Assembly: GCF_000195975.1 (NCBI RefSeq)
Contig: NC_005070.1
Span: forward strand, 1,170,001-1,202,000
DNA length: 32,000 nt
Source of the DNA: Parasynechococcus marenigrum WH 8102
GTDB lineage: Bacteria > Cyanobacteriota > Cyanobacteriia > PCC-6307 > Cyanobiaceae
Direction of reading: 5' to 3'
A program made the position numbers and the translations under genes. The notes under the pieces are model-generated. The model made no database searches. It saw only the letters and a list, made by a program, of their open reading frames with translations, and was not told the origin of the DNA. Shown here piece after piece: positions 15,151 to 25,301 of the stretch; within the stretch, counting starts at the first letter, position 1, and each line of letters begins with the position of its first letter.

Positions 15151-16167
15151 TCAGTTATCTCCAATGGACTGCTGTTCGGCGGCAGCCATTTGTTGAACGA
15201 GGGCCTGGCCACGGCTTCGGGACTTGCCCTCCAGTTGCGCCTCTCTGATTAATAGCGGGCAGCCGGAACTGCTCACCACAAGACCCAGGTCCTGAATGCA
15301 GGCCAAAACGGTGCCACCGGCATGACCTCCTGTGGGCCACTGACCGACGAGCTCCTGAGCCTCTGGGCTGAGTTGATCCTTCAGACGATCGATGAGGGGT
15401 TCTGTCTGCGTCAGCTTCAGACGTTTGCCGTTCCAGCTGGTCTGTGCGCCGGGATAGAGCCCCATGACCTGGCGGTGGATGGCCAGGGCGGAGTTGCTCC
15501 AATCGATCTGGTAATCCTGTTTGCAGAGCATTCGGGCATAACAGCTGGCTTCGGCCTGGTGCTGCACGCCGAGCCGATGCAACCGTTCATCGGTTGGACC
15601 CGCACCAACTGCTTCGATCAGCGGCATCGCCTCCACCATCAGCTCCGCCGTTAGGCCACTGAGTTTTTCCGCCAGTGCATGGGCATTGTCCTGAAGCCCG
15701 ATGCTCAATCGGCGTTCCAGCAGCACCGGACCAGTGTCCAGGCCTTCCTCCATGGCCATCACGCCGACGCCGGTTTCCGCATCACCGTCGAGGATCGACC
15801 ATTGAATTGGGGCCGCCCCGCGCCAGCGCGGCAACAACGAACCGTGACCGTTCCAACACCCCAGTGGCGGTTGTTCCAACACCTCGAGCGGCAGGATCTG
15901 GCCGAAGGCCACCACCACAGATGCATCAGCTTTGAGGGCTGCCAACTGCGCCTGGCAGTCAGAATCTTTCTTGATCCGTTCTGGCGTGAACACCGGCAGG
16001 TTGAGGTTCAGGGCCTCTTGTTTCACGGCCGAAGCCACAAGCTGTTGCCCCCGCCCTCGGCGGCGATCCGGCTGACTCACCACCCCAACGATCGTGTGCC
16101 CGGCCTGATGAAGCTGTCTCAGGGTGGGCACGGCATAGGCCGGTGTACCCCAGTAGAGGATGCGCAA
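15151..16167 (-). CDS. fmt: Methionyl-tRNA formyltransferase
   Basis: LRILYWGTPAYAVPTL...VVSQPDRRRGRG...WNGHGSLLPRWRGAAPIQWSI are hallmark Fmt motifs. The probable TTG start at 16167 lies 3 nt after the pmbA stop. The upstream extension of the track ORF (to 16341) overlaps pmbA and looks non-protein-like. Confidence 0.88.
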   Translation of the reverse strand: MRILYWGTPAYAVPTLRQLHQAGHTIVGVVSQPDRRRGRGQQLVASAVKQEALNLNLPVFTPERIKKDSDCQAQLAALKADASVVVAFGQILPLEVLEQPPLGCWNGHGSLLPRWRGAAPIQWSILDGDAETGVGVMAMEEGLDTGPVLLERRLSIGLQDNAHALAEKLSGLTAELMVEAMPLIEAVGAGPTDERLHRLGVQHQAEASCYARMLCKQDYQIDWSNSALAIHRQVMGLYPGAQTSWNGKRLKLTQTEPLIDRLKDQLSPEAQELVGQWPTGGHAGGTVLACIQDLGLVVSSSGCPLLIREAQLEGKSRSRGQALVQQMAAAEQQSIGDN

Positions 16168-16169
16168 GG

Positions 16170-17534
16170 TCAGGCTTCCCCAGTGATGGAGAGGCCCTCC
16201 ACCCAGACGTGGGGCGCCACACCACGATGGGTGACCTCCTGTATTGGTTCCAGGTGAAGAATCGATATCAACAGGCTGCGGATGTCTCCGGCAACTGTTG
16301 CTGCCTCCACCGAGATCCTTTCCCCGCCTTTCACCAGCCATCCATCGAAGGGGAGCGAAAACGATCCCTGGGTGGCTTTGACCCCGGCATGAAGGGCGGA
16401 AAGATCTTCGATCAGCACAAAGGTGTCGGCTTCACGGGTGTGATCCAGCTCTTGGCCGCTGGTTTGCCCCGGGGTGGTGCCAACGACGAACCAATCGGGA
16501 CCGACGGAGACCTTGGCTCCAAGGCCGGCATGGCCGGTGGGCTTCACCCCGAAGGCTCTGGCCGTGGCCTCTGAATGCAGGAAATTACGAAGACAACCGG
16601 ACTCGATCAACGACAACCTTTGAGTGGGTGTGCCCTCGCCATCGAAGGGAGAGGCGCTGATGTGATCCGGGTGCAAGCCATCGTCCTCAAGCGATAGGAA
16701 CGGGACTGCCAGGGTCTGACCAAGGCTTTCGCGGGTGCTGAGGCTGACTCCATCGAGGACGGCCCTCGCACTGAACATGCTGCTGAAGGCACCGATCAGG
16801 GAGAGGAAGGCTTCCGGTGTGAAACACACGCGATAACTGCCGGTTTCGATCGGCTGGTAGGCCAAATGACTGACGGTTCGTTCAACCGCTTCATCAATGC
16901 ATCCCTGGATGTCCAGGTCGCTGCTGCCGAGGGCCATGCGGATGGCACCGGAACTGCGGGGCTTGCGGCCGCTCTCCTCAGCCCGGGCATAGAGATACAG
17001 GCTGGCCTGGGTGCGCTCCATCGTGCGGATGGCACCATCGCTGTTGAGATAAAGGTTGGTGGACAGCGACTCGGCAAGACCGTTGTAAGGAACGGTTTGG
17101 ATGGCTGGATGACGGCTGAGCAGCTCCGCTTCCGCTGCACGCAAATCCTTGAGCAACGGCAGGATGCCCTGACGTGGCATCAGGGGACGATCCAGTTGCG
17201 GCAATGGATCCGTTGCCATCGGTGAAAACTGCGGCACATCATCGGGATTGCCGAATGCACTGGCCTGTTGGGCCCCTTCCAAGGCACGGGCCAGCCCGGA
17301 GTCCGTCAAATCAGTGGTGCTGGTGATGCCCACCAGGCCATCACTGTTCCAGACTCGCACCGTGATCGAGCTGCGCTGAGCAGCCTTCAACTGTTTGGCT
17401 TCGCCGCGGTCCACCTGGACTGAGCAGTCATCGCTGCAGGCGGCTCCAAGATCCCACTGACGGATACCAGCGGACGTTGCCAGCGTGTGAACTCGATTTC
17501 TAAGCTTGCCCGCATCGAGGGTGTTGTTGGTCAT
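16170..17534 (-). CDS. pmbA: PmbA/TldE-type metalloprotease subunit (peptidase U62)
   Basis: 454-aa ORF with ATG start. Its length and sequence character are those of a U62-family protein, and it lies immediately downstream of tldD (2-nt spacer). Confidence 0.85.
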   Translation of the reverse strand: MTNNTLDAGKLRNRVHTLATSAGIRQWDLGAACSDDCSVQVDRGEAKQLKAAQRSSITVRVWNSDGLVGITSTTDLTDSGLARALEGAQQASAFGNPDDVPQFSPMATDPLPQLDRPLMPRQGILPLLKDLRAAEAELLSRHPAIQTVPYNGLAESLSTNLYLNSDGAIRTMERTQASLYLYARAEESGRKPRSSGAIRMALGSSDLDIQGCIDEAVERTVSHLAYQPIETGSYRVCFTPEAFLSLIGAFSSMFSARAVLDGVSLSTRESLGQTLAVPFLSLEDDGLHPDHISASPFDGEGTPTQRLSLIESGCLRNFLHSEATARAFGVKPTGHAGLGAKVSVGPDWFVVGTTPGQTSGQELDHTREADTFVLIEDLSALHAGVKATQGSFSLPFDGWLVKGGERISVEAATVAGDIRSLLISILHLEPIQEVTHRGVAPHVWVEGLSITGEA

Positions 17535-17536
17535 GG

Positions 17537-18946
17537 TCAGCGACCTCCCACCGTGATCGAATCCACCTTGATGTGGGGTTGCCCGACGGTGACGAAAATG
17601 CTGCCGCTGACGGAGCCGCAGTAACCGGCGGCAAGATCCAGATCATCGGCACACATCGAAATCCGAGGCATCACGTCCTTGGCATCACCAATCAGCGTTG
17701 CTCCCTTCACCGGGCGGGTGAGATTTCCGTTTTCGATCAGGTAGCCCTCCTCCACAGAGAAGTTGAACTGACCAGTGGGACCCACACTGCCGCCACCCAT
17801 CGACTTGCAGTAGAGGCCCCGTTCCACAGAGGCGATCAGGTCGTTGGGTTTGTGCGGCCCTGCATCGATGTAAGTGTTCCGCATCCGGCTGGCGGCGGCG
17901 AAGGCATGGCTCTGACGACGTCCGCTGCCCGTGCGCTGATGACCTGTGCGCAGTTCACCGGCGCGATCACTGATGAAACGCTGCAGAACGCCGTCCTTGA
18001 TCAGCACTGTGCGCTGGGGCTCCATACCCTCGTCGTCCATGGATAGCGACCCGAAGGCACCACTGCTCAAACCTTCATCAATGGCCGTGACGGCTGGATG
18101 GGCAATCAGCTCACCCACTTGCTCCGCAAAGGGTGTCGTGCCCCGTTCGATCTGGGTGGTTTCCAGCAGATGTCCGCAGGCTTCGTGGAAGATCACACCA
18201 CCGAAACGGTTGGCCAGTACCACGGGCATCTGTCCAGCTTCCACGTAGTCGGCGCGGAGCATGGTGCCGGCGCTCTCGCAGACTTCAGCAGCGCTGGTTT
18301 CCACGTTCCAGGTAAAGAGATCATCTGGGCGATCAGTGCTGCCGTAGCGACGACCCACGCTGGAGCGATGGTCACCATCTGCCGCCAACACGGATAGACC
18401 CGTCGACTGGTGCAGACGGATATCACGGGCGAACGTGCCATCGGAGGCAGCCACCAGAACCTCCTGCCAATCCCGTGCGTAGCTGCCGCGACGCACCTGA
18501 AGGTGCTGACCAAGCCGTTCAAGCTGGGATGTTCCCTCCAGCAAGCGGGAACTGGCATCAAGCATCGTCGGGCATTGCTGCAGCCAACTGGTTTTCTCGA
18601 GGGCGTAATCCTTGAGTGCTCCGAGGCCTTCAAACGTTGACTTGCCAGCCAAACCGTTGCCTTCCAGGTTGAGCATGGCCAGCGCCTGATCCAACGCCCG
18701 GGTCAAGCCGTCAACGCTCAGATCATTGGTGCTGACGAATCCATCCCGTCCGTTGAGAAACACACGGATGCCAGCCCCACGGGCAAAGGTGGGATTGACG
18801 CTGGTGATCCGCTCCTGCTCAGCCAGGAGACCGAGGTGATCGGTGTGTTCCAGGAACACTTCCACCAAGTCAGCTCCGGCGCCGCTGCCGCGCTGCAGCA
18901 GGGCCTGAAGGGTGGAACTCCAGGCCTGGGAAAAGGATTCAGTCAA
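17537..18946 (-). CDS. tldD: TldD metalloprotease (peptidase U62)
   Basis: 469 aa. It contains the [10 protein letters not shown] (HExxxH) TldD active-site motif. The TTG start lies 3 nt after the acsF stop. Confidence 0.9.
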   Translation of the reverse strand: MTESFSQAWSSTLQALLQRGSGAGADLVEVFLEHTDHLGLLAEQERITSVNPTFARGAGIRVFLNGRDGFVSTNDLSVDGLTRALDQALAMLNLEGNGLAGKSTFEGLGALKDYALEKTSWLQQCPTMLDASSRLLEGTSQLERLGQHLQVRRGSYARDWQEVLVAASDGTFARDIRLHQSTGLSVLAADGDHRSSVGRRYGSTDRPDDLFTWNVETSAAEVCESAGTMLRADYVEAGQMPVVLANRFGGVIFHEACGHLLETTQIERGTTPFAEQVGELIAHPAVTAIDEGLSSGAFGSLSMDDEGMEPQRTVLIKDGVLQRFISDRAGELRTGHQRTGSGRRQSHAFAAASRMRNTYIDAGPHKPNDLIASVERGLYCKSMGGGSVGPTGQFNFSVEEGYLIENGNLTRPVKGATLIGDAKDVMPRISMCADDLDLAAGYCGSVSGSIFVTVGQPHIKVDSITVGGR

Positions 18947-18949
18947 TGA

Positions 18950-20020
18950 TCAACGCACGGCGGGCTGGAACTTGGCGCTGTCAATCGGAGACATCAAGAA
19001 CAACTTGGCCATTTCGGCACCATTGCTGATCCAGCGGGGAAGTTTCTTGAAGAGCTTCAGGGGGGCAGGGCTGGAGCTCCGATCGGCAGCCTCGAGAGCT
19101 GCGTTGTTCTCAACCAGACGTTCAAGACGTGTCCAGAATTTGGGATTATTCACATCGAGAACAACAGGGAAGACCCGGGCTGTTGTTTCGTTGGTTTTTT
19201 CGATCACCATCTTGTCGTAGGTGCGTGCATCGAGCCCGAGTGCCTCGTAAAACTCCTTGCGGGCCACATCACGCACGTACATGGTGGCGAACACGGCAAG
19301 CAGGAAGAAGCGACACCACAGCTTCGCGATCGGACCACGCACCGTGTCGGGCTGAGACTTCATCAGGGCATCAAAGAAGTCGCCGTGACGGTTCTCGTCC
19401 TGACACCAATTCTCGAAAAAGTTGAAGATCGGGAAGATTTTGCTCTCGGGATTCTTCTCAAGGTGGCGGTAGATGGCGATGTAGCGCCAGTAGCCGATCT
19501 TCTCGGATAGATAGGTGGCGTAGAAGATGAATTTGGGTTGGAAGAAGGTGTAGTCCTTGTTCGCGGTGAGGAAGCCGAGATCCAGCTGCATGCCGAAATC
19601 ACTCATCGCTTTGTTGAGGAATCCGGCATGGCGGGCTTCATCCCGTGCCATGTGGGCAAAGCATTCAGCCAGCAGGGGGTTTTGCTGCTTGATGCGACGG
19701 CTCAGTTCCTTGTAAAGGAGAAAACCAGAGAATTCCGACGTGCAGCTCTGTTCCAGGAATTCAACGAAGACCCGACGGGTCTCGGGGTCAAGTTTGTCTG
19801 CAGCACCGTCAAAGTCGTCGTTGCGAACGAAGTGATGGCGGTTGTAATCCTTGCGGAATTCCTCGCAGATGGCCTCCAGTTCTGCCTCGTTGGGACGCAG
19901 ATCCATGGCAGCCATGTCATCAAAGTCCGTGGTGTAAAACCGCGGTGTGAGGATCGTGTCTTTGACAGGATCCTTCGTTGCAACGGCGTTGGCTTCTGCG
20001 ACGGCGGTTGGAGGGACCAT
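18950..20020 (-). CDS. acsF: Mg-protoporphyrin IX monomethyl ester oxidative cyclase (aerobic)
   Basis: [15 protein letters not shown]...[11 protein letters not shown]...[15 protein letters not shown]...[11 protein letters not shown] carries the diiron carboxylate motifs of AcsF/CHL27. The ATG at 20020 is preferred over the GTG at 20035. Confidence 0.92.
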   Translation of the reverse strand: MVPPTAVAEANAVATKDPVKDTILTPRFYTTDFDDMAAMDLRPNEAELEAICEEFRKDYNRHHFVRNDDFDGAADKLDPETRRVFVEFLEQSCTSEFSGFLLYKELSRRIKQQNPLLAECFAHMARDEARHAGFLNKAMSDFGMQLDLGFLTANKDYTFFQPKFIFYATYLSEKIGYWRYIAIYRHLEKNPESKIFPIFNFFENWCQDENRHGDFFDALMKSQPDTVRGPIAKLWCRFFLLAVFATMYVRDVARKEFYEALGLDARTYDKMVIEKTNETTARVFPVVLDVNNPKFWTRLERLVENNAALEAADRSSSPAPLKLFKKLPRWISNGAEMAKLFLMSPIDSAKFQPAVR

Positions 20021-20077
20021 CGGCTCCGATTTCACGTGGAGACCAATGTAGGGCTGACAGTGCGGAGTTCGAGCTGA

Positions 20078-20518
20078 TCAGTTACGTCCGAGCCATTTCT
20101 GTCCATTCAGCCGTTGCAGCAGTCGTGACACCAGCAGTGGCAGCGACATCCGCTTTTCGTCGATCAGGAACGACTCCAGCAGGGTCGGTTCACTGCCGGC
20201 TTCAGCCAGGGCGATCAGCTTGGGGCTGGTGATGTCGGCGCTGCCAAAGCAGAGCCAGAAGCGCCTGCCGCCTGGCAGCTCACCAATCACCATCGGACAG
20301 CTTCCCCCGACCACCGGGCGCTCCCCCTCAACGCGCTCCAGACGATCAGCCTGGATGCCGTTGTCCTCGAGCTGCTTGCTCACCGCAGGGATGAACAGGG
20401 TGTCGATGAACTCCGGAAAGGGCTTGTCTTCCGGTTTCGGGGGTTTCGGCTTCGGCTTGGGGGCCGCTTTTGTGTCCTCTTGGGCCGCAGCAGAGGCCGT
20501 ATCGGGAGTGTCGCTCAC
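20078..20518 (-). CDS. Conserved cyanobacterial hypothetical protein (possibly DUF2996)
   Basis: 146 aa with GTG start. Lys/Pro-rich N-terminus followed by KPFPEFIDTLFIPAVSKQLEDNG. The family name is recalled from memory, not verified. Confidence 0.65.
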   Translation of the reverse strand: MSDTPDTASAAAQEDTKAAPKPKPKPPKPEDKPFPEFIDTLFIPAVSKQLEDNGIQADRLERVEGERPVVGGSCPMVIGELPGGRRFWLCFGSADITSPKLIALAEAGSEPTLLESFLIDEKRMSLPLLVSRLLQRLNGQKWLGRN

Positions 20519-20563
20519 CGGGTCCTGATTTCTAGGTGAACTGTAGTCAGCGTTGGTCGCGTC

Positions 20564-21034
20564 TCACCAATCAAGATCCGGATCAAGGCCCCAGCCGTCT
20601 GAGCTTGAGGGGGGGTGATCAACCGCTCGCGATGGGGGGGAGGGTTCTGATGGGGTGGCTCGTTTTTCGGAGTTCGGTTTCTGAACAATCCTGTAAGGAA
20701 CGGCCACGGTGGGGGCTGGTTCGCGCACATCCCGTTGGGGCGGTGGTGTGACCACCTCACGCATCTCCGGTTCAGGTCTGGGTCGCTCCAGCGGTTGATG
20801 CCGTTGTCGTCGAAGCGGCGGGGTGGTGGGCACCAGCAACAGAACAGAGACAGCGCTGAGTCCAGCTCCTGTCAGCCCGGCTAGGGCTGTCCAGGCGCCG
20901 ATGGGGAGGGGTGGCGACCGCCAGATCAGCAACTGCAGCCGGGTGTTGCCGGAGCTGTTGAAGGCTGATGCCAGCAGCACTGCCGCCAGCGGAGCCAGGC
21001 ATGGCACGAGCAACCAGCGCTGGAGGGAGCTCAT
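20564..21034 (-). CDS. Membrane protein with two N-terminal TM helices and a Pro-rich tail
   Basis: 156 aa. The ATG overlaps the ubiX stop (ATGA at 21031-21034). Confidence 0.6.
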   Translation of the reverse strand: MSSLQRWLLVPCLAPLAAVLLASAFNSSGNTRLQLLIWRSPPLPIGAWTALAGLTGAGLSAVSVLLLVPTTPPLRRQRHQPLERPRPEPEMREVVTPPPQRDVREPAPTVAVPYRIVQKPNSEKRATPSEPSPPSRAVDHPPSSSDGWGLDPDLDW

Positions 21035-21639
21035 TTGATCGGTCCAGTCCAGCGCTGCAGGGGAGCCAGATCATCCTCGAATCCATCGAGCAGGCGAATC
21101 ACGATGAAGTCGACCATCTCCTCGAGGGTTCTGGGTTGGGTGTACCAGGCAGGAATCGGTGCGGCAATGCGTGCGCCGGCTTCCGCCAGCGCCGTGAGAT
21201 TGCGCAGGTGAATCAGGTTGAAGGGCATCTCACGGGGAGCAATCAGCAGCGGGCGCCCCTCCTTGAGGTGAACGTCAGCGCAGCGTTCAATCAGATCCAT
21301 CGCGACGCCGGCCTGGATCCGCCCCGCGGTTCCCATGCTGCAGGGCACGATCAACATGCCACTGGTGCGAAAGCTTCCGCTGGCGATGCCGACACTCTGG
21401 TCATTCCAGCGATGGCAGAACAGCTCTCCTTCGCTGCAGTTCAGACGCTCACGCCAGAAGCTGGCCTGACGCTCGGGATTCACAGGAACCTGCACCCCCT
21501 GCTCCGCCTGGAACACCGCATAGGCGCCTCTGCTCAGCACCAGATGGACACTGCGACCTGCCTGCAGGAGCAGCTGAAGGGTGCGTTCGGCCAGCGGCTG
21601 GGCGGAGGCACCTGTGACAGCCAGCACATAGGGATGCAT
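21031..21639 (-). CDS. ubiX: Flavin prenyltransferase UbiX/Pad1 family
   Basis: MHPYVLAVTGASAQPLAERTLQLLL...MLIVPCSMGTAGRIQAG...LIAPREMPFNLIHLRNL are typical UbiX flavoprotein motifs. Confidence 0.88.
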   Translation of the reverse strand: MHPYVLAVTGASAQPLAERTLQLLLQAGRSVHLVLSRGAYAVFQAEQGVQVPVNPERQASFWRERLNCSEGELFCHRWNDQSVGIASGSFRTSGMLIVPCSMGTAGRIQAGVAMDLIERCADVHLKEGRPLLIAPREMPFNLIHLRNLTALAEAGARIAAPIPAWYTQPRTLEEMVDFIVIRLLDGFEDDLAPLQRWTGPIK

Positions 21640-21641
21640 GG

Positions 21642-23996
21642 TCAGATGCCGCTGAGGGTCACGGCCATCGGCTGCTCAGGGCTTTCGACGGTGCTGCTGT
21701 CTGCGTTGTTGTCCCCCTCATCCGCTGTCGGCTCAGGAATCACCTCGAGATCGATCTGATTGCGGAGCACGTCAACCTTGATCACTCGTACGCGAACTTG
21801 GTCACCTAGCTGATAGGCCCGTCGGTTCTTGCGGCCGACAAGGCGGTTCTGCCTGGAGCGGTATTCGTACCAGTCATCGTTGAGAGAGCTGACGTGAACA
21901 AGTCCCTCAACGCGGGTCTCTCCCACCTCAACAAAAAAGCCATAGCTCTGCACGCCGCTCACATGACCTGCGGCTTCCTGACCTACCAGCGGTTCCGCCG
22001 ATCTGGCCTGGACCATGGCCAGCAGATCCCGCTGAAGCTCCAGCACCTGACGCCGCCGGCTGTTGAGCCGTTGAACCAGGCGCTGACTCACGATATTGGT
22101 GAGTTTCTCTTCCTGTGCGCCAGTGAACAGGGACCACTGGAGATCATCAGCACAGCCACGTCGACCAAGATTGAGCCGCTCCTTCTGACGGACATTGGGA
22201 CGGTCCTTACCGTCGTTCAGCAGCATCTGGATGACCTGCTGGTTGGCCAGCTGGGCGTAGCTCAATGATCCGCAGCACCAGGGTGTGAGTGCTGCGCTCA
22301 TATCAGTTGTGTCGTCGTCGCTTGTCTCCGGTGTCTTGAGTTCGGCCTGAAATTGCGGTTGGGCCAATGCATGGCTCAGTTGCTGCTCCAGCACCCGACG
22401 CTGGTCGGACTCCGCGAAGACCGTGATCAATTCCTGCGCCGTAGGGCTTCCGTCGTCATCCAGTTCGAGGGGGAGATCAAGGGCAACAGCGGTCTTCGCC
22501 ACATCGGTGAGCACCGTGGCATCAGGCTCGCTGCTGATCCAGGCGATTCCTGGGAGCTGGAGTGCGGCACGGTGTTGTCCCCAGGCGCGATCGGCGGCCC
22601 GGAGCAGCGGTTGAAGAATGGAATTCGGATCGGTGCGATCGATCACATCGGTCCAACGGTGCGCTTGACCACTGGGATCGGCCCAGCGCAGATCCCCGAG
22701 CGCGTCAATCTGTGGGGGACGTAAGTCGAGGGCAACGGCTCCTGCGGATTGCTCATGGCCCATCAGGCAGTCGGCGCAGAACATCAGGGTCTCCAGCTGC
22801 CCAAGCTGATCTTTGATCGGTTTCAACGCCGCGGGGATGCTGCGCGACTTGGGTTTGCGCTCTGCCAGGGCCCGGAGCTGCGCGGTGCTGATGTCGGCGA
22901 CCGGACGGATGGTGCTGAGCATGAACTCCCAGTCCGTCAGATGGCCATTGGCATCAATGTCGAGTCGCACCGTCAGGGCGTCGCTGGATTCGCCCGCCTT
23001 GAGCCGACAGGCCTTCGTAAGAGCGGGAGTCAGTAGCGGTTGCCAGTCCTCCCCCAGACAAATGGCATCAGCTCGATCCCTGATCCAGAGATCAAGACTG
23101 TTGCCCTGGCCAAAGCGTTCCGCAACCGACGGTGCATGCAGCCAAAGGCGACAGCCGCCATCTCTTGCTTCCACATACACCGCGGGCAGGGGAGGGGCAT
23201 CCCGGTGCTGCCAGCTGCATAGCAACAGCGATGGCTGGTCAGTCAGGTCGGTCCGCCCTTTGCTTGGTGGGGATTTGACGGAGGCACGCGGTGCCGCAGG
23301 CCGTTCGTGCAGACCGGCTTTGGTTAGCAACAAATCGCGGTCGGCTGCTGGTCCGGCATTCAGAGGCAGGGGACGAGCCACATGCCCCTGAGCTGGATGC
23401 TGGGCGATTGGATAACGATCGATCTTGACCTCGACCACGGTCGTTGCTGATTCCTCCGATACGTGCACTTCCGCATCTGCGGGGAGCTCGATGCTGGTGA
23501 GCATGCGGTCATCCAACGGTGCCGCCACCAGCCGCTCCTGCTGCCGTTCAACCTGGGCCAGCAATGACTGGGTGCTGCGTTCGAGAATGCATTGCACACC
23601 GCCTTCCGGAGATCGTCGTCGACCGCCTTCCCGGGTCACCCGGACCAGGACGCGATCGCCATTCCAGGCGTGATTCAGCTGATGGTCGCGGATGTAAACG
23701 TCATCTCCACCGTCATCCCGGATGGCAAAGCAAAAACCTTTGCTGCTGCAACGCAGCCGCGCGTCAATAAGATCCTCAGCTTGATAGCGCACCAGGCCTT
23801 CGTCTCCCTGACGGCTGAGGACACCGAGCTTGCTCAACCCGTCAATGGCCAAGTCCAGACGTTCTTTATCAGCTTTGTTGGACAGCTTGAGGATCTTGGC
23901 CAGCGTGGTCTGGAGAACCGGCTGGTCGTAGGAGAGCTGATCCAGGAGGTCAGCGACCGAGAACTTCATGGTGTGTGGATCGAATCCGGCCTTCAT
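21642..23996 (-). CDS. RNase II/R-family 3'-5' exoribonuclease with a C-terminal S1 domain
   Basis: 784 aa. It has an RNB-family architecture plus a C-terminal S1 segment (GHVSGVQSYGFFVEVGETRVEGLVHVSSL...GDQVRVRVIKVD). The start could alternatively be the ATG at 23969. Confidence 0.85.
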   Translation of the reverse strand: MKAGFDPHTMKFSVADLLDQLSYDQPVLQTTLAKILKLSNKADKERLDLAIDGLSKLGVLSRQGDEGLVRYQAEDLIDARLRCSSKGFCFAIRDDGGDDVYIRDHQLNHAWNGDRVLVRVTREGGRRRSPEGGVQCILERSTQSLLAQVERQQERLVAAPLDDRMLTSIELPADAEVHVSEESATTVVEVKIDRYPIAQHPAQGHVARPLPLNAGPAADRDLLLTKAGLHERPAAPRASVKSPPSKGRTDLTDQPSLLLCSWQHRDAPPLPAVYVEARDGGCRLWLHAPSVAERFGQGNSLDLWIRDRADAICLGEDWQPLLTPALTKACRLKAGESSDALTVRLDIDANGHLTDWEFMLSTIRPVADISTAQLRALAERKPKSRSIPAALKPIKDQLGQLETLMFCADCLMGHEQSAGAVALDLRPPQIDALGDLRWADPSGQAHRWTDVIDRTDPNSILQPLLRAADRAWGQHRAALQLPGIAWISSEPDATVLTDVAKTAVALDLPLELDDDGSPTAQELITVFAESDQRRVLEQQLSHALAQPQFQAELKTPETSDDDTTDMSAALTPWCCGSLSYAQLANQQVIQMLLNDGKDRPNVRQKERLNLGRRGCADDLQWSLFTGAQEEKLTNIVSQRLVQRLNSRRRQVLELQRDLLAMVQARSAEPLVGQEAAGHVSGVQSYGFFVEVGETRVEGLVHVSSLNDDWYEYRSRQNRLVGRKNRRAYQLGDQVRVRVIKVDVLRNQIDLEVIPEPTADEGDNNADSSTVESPEQPMAVTLSGI

Positions 23997-24064
23997 GGCC
24001 GGGAGAAGTTCAGAGCGGCCATAGGGAAGCCAGGCCGTGCAGAGAGCTCTGAAACAAGTTCACT

Positions 24065-24373
24065 TTATGAGTCGACCAAGTCGTCCTCCGCACTCCCATC
24101 GCTGTTGCGACGCAGCAGCAGCTGGGATCCGATGATCAGAAAGCCAACAGCTGCCACCAGCTGCAGCCATTCCGTTGGGATCAGGCTGGCGATCGATCCG
24201 CCGGCCATCGCGCCCAAGAGGCTGGCCAGAACAAGGGCGGATGATGAGCCGAGAAACACTGCCAGCGGCCTGTCGGAGGTTCCGCTCAGGGCCACCGTCG
24301 CCAGCTGGGTTTTGTCCCCCAGTTCGGCCAGGAACACGGTGAGAAATGTCGAGATCAGAAGCGAAAGATCCAT
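24065..24373 (-). CDS. UPF0016/GDT1 (TMEM165) family half-size membrane protein, second of a pair
   Basis: Contains the family signature ELGDKTQLAT. 102 aa, about 3 TM helices. Confidence 0.85.
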   Translation of the reverse strand: MDLSLLISTFLTVFLAELGDKTQLATVALSGTSDRPLAVFLGSSSALVLASLLGAMAGGSIASLIPTEWLQLVAAVGFLIIGSQLLLRRNSDGSAEDDLVDS

Positions 24374-24376
24374 CGT

Positions 24377-24709
24377 TCAGGCTCCGGTTGTATCCAACAT
24401 CAACGTCTGAATTGCCTGTGCTCCCAGCCAAAGCCCCAGGGCCACCATGAGAAGGCCGGCCATGGTTTCCAGTCGCTCTGGTGGAAGCGTGCGAGCCAGC
24501 CACTGACCCAGAAGCACGCCGACCAGGCTTGAGCAGATCAGGGCCAGGGCGGCTCCGAGAAACACAAGCCAGGGCGATCCGGACTGAGCCGAGAGGAGCA
24601 GTGTCGCTAACTGGGTCTTGTCCCCCAGTTCGGCGATGAACACCGTGCTGAAGGTGCTGAACACCACGGCCGCAAAACCAGGGCGGCTGGATTCCTTGAT
24701 CTCAGCCAT
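24377..24709 (-). CDS. UPF0016/GDT1 (TMEM165) family half-size membrane protein, first of a pair
   Basis: Contains ELGDKTQLAT. 110 aa. It lies 3 nt upstream of its partner. Confidence 0.85.
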   Translation of the reverse strand: MAEIKESSRPGFAAVVFSTFSTVFIAELGDKTQLATLLLSAQSGSPWLVFLGAALALICSSLVGVLLGQWLARTLPPERLETMAGLLMVALGLWLGAQAIQTLMLDTTGA

Positions 24710-24714
24710 GGAAC

Positions 24715-25080
24715 TCAGCCATCGGGACGGCGTTGGGCGCGGTTGAACCTACGCATCTCCCGGCTGCGACCGCCATACACCGAACGGATTTGCTGTTGGC
24801 AGCACCCGATGGCGAAGGCATCCAGTTGGTCCGGTTCAACACCGAAAAGCTGATCCATGTTCCGGACCCGGCAGAAGCGAGGCCGTTCGTCGTAAATCCG
24901 GCAGCGTCGACCACCGCTGTCGTAGTGGATGCACCAGCCGTCCTTCCCCACCATCGCCAAGTAGGTGGCCTGGTCCTCGTCGTTGAGGGCTTCGAGGGCT
25001 TCGGGACGTTCCTCCGGTGCCAGGCGGCAGCAGGCTCCGCACTGGGAGATGCACTGCCATTGAAGAGGCTGGCTGCTCAT
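24715..25080 (-). CDS. YkgJ-family (UPF0153) cysteine-cluster protein
   Basis: CISQCGACCRL...CIHYDSGGRRCRIYDERPRFCR matches the YkgJ Cys pattern. Confidence 0.8.
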   Translation of the reverse strand: MSSQPLQWQCISQCGACCRLAPEERPEALEALNDEDQATYLAMVGKDGWCIHYDSGGRRCRIYDERPRFCRVRNMDQLFGVEPDQLDAFAIGCCQQQIRSVYGGRSREMRRFNRAQRRPDG

Positions 25081-25188
25081 TGCTGCAGCTGTGACAAGCC
25101 GTCACAGTGGGTGCATGCCGAAAGGCGACTCTGAGCAAAGGCCCCGTAATCTGTTGACTGATCCGCAACGTGTGAGCGCTTTATCGCT

Positions 25189-25296
25189 ATGGGCATCGAC
25201 TTCCATCTGATCGCCAATTTCGGCGCCCTTGCGTTGATCACCCTGGCTGGTCCTGCTGTGATCTTCATCCTCTTCTACCGCCGCGGAGCCCTCTGA
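25189..25296 (+). CDS. psb30: Photosystem II reaction centre protein Psb30 (Ycf12)
   Basis: Manual translation gives [35 protein letters not shown] (35 aa). The AGPxxIFxLxxRRGxL C-terminus matches Ycf12. It is too short for the ORF track. Confidence 0.8.
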
Positions 25297-25301
25297 GCTG
25301 C

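Noticed and set aside
20609-20644. Two G7 tracts 25 bp apart (20609-20615 and 20634-20640), considered as G-quadruplex or slipped-strand phase-variation sites
   Set aside because: They are explained by CCC Pro codons in the Pro-rich tail of the 20564-21034 gene. The loops are too long for a canonical G4, and nothing else points to phase variation.
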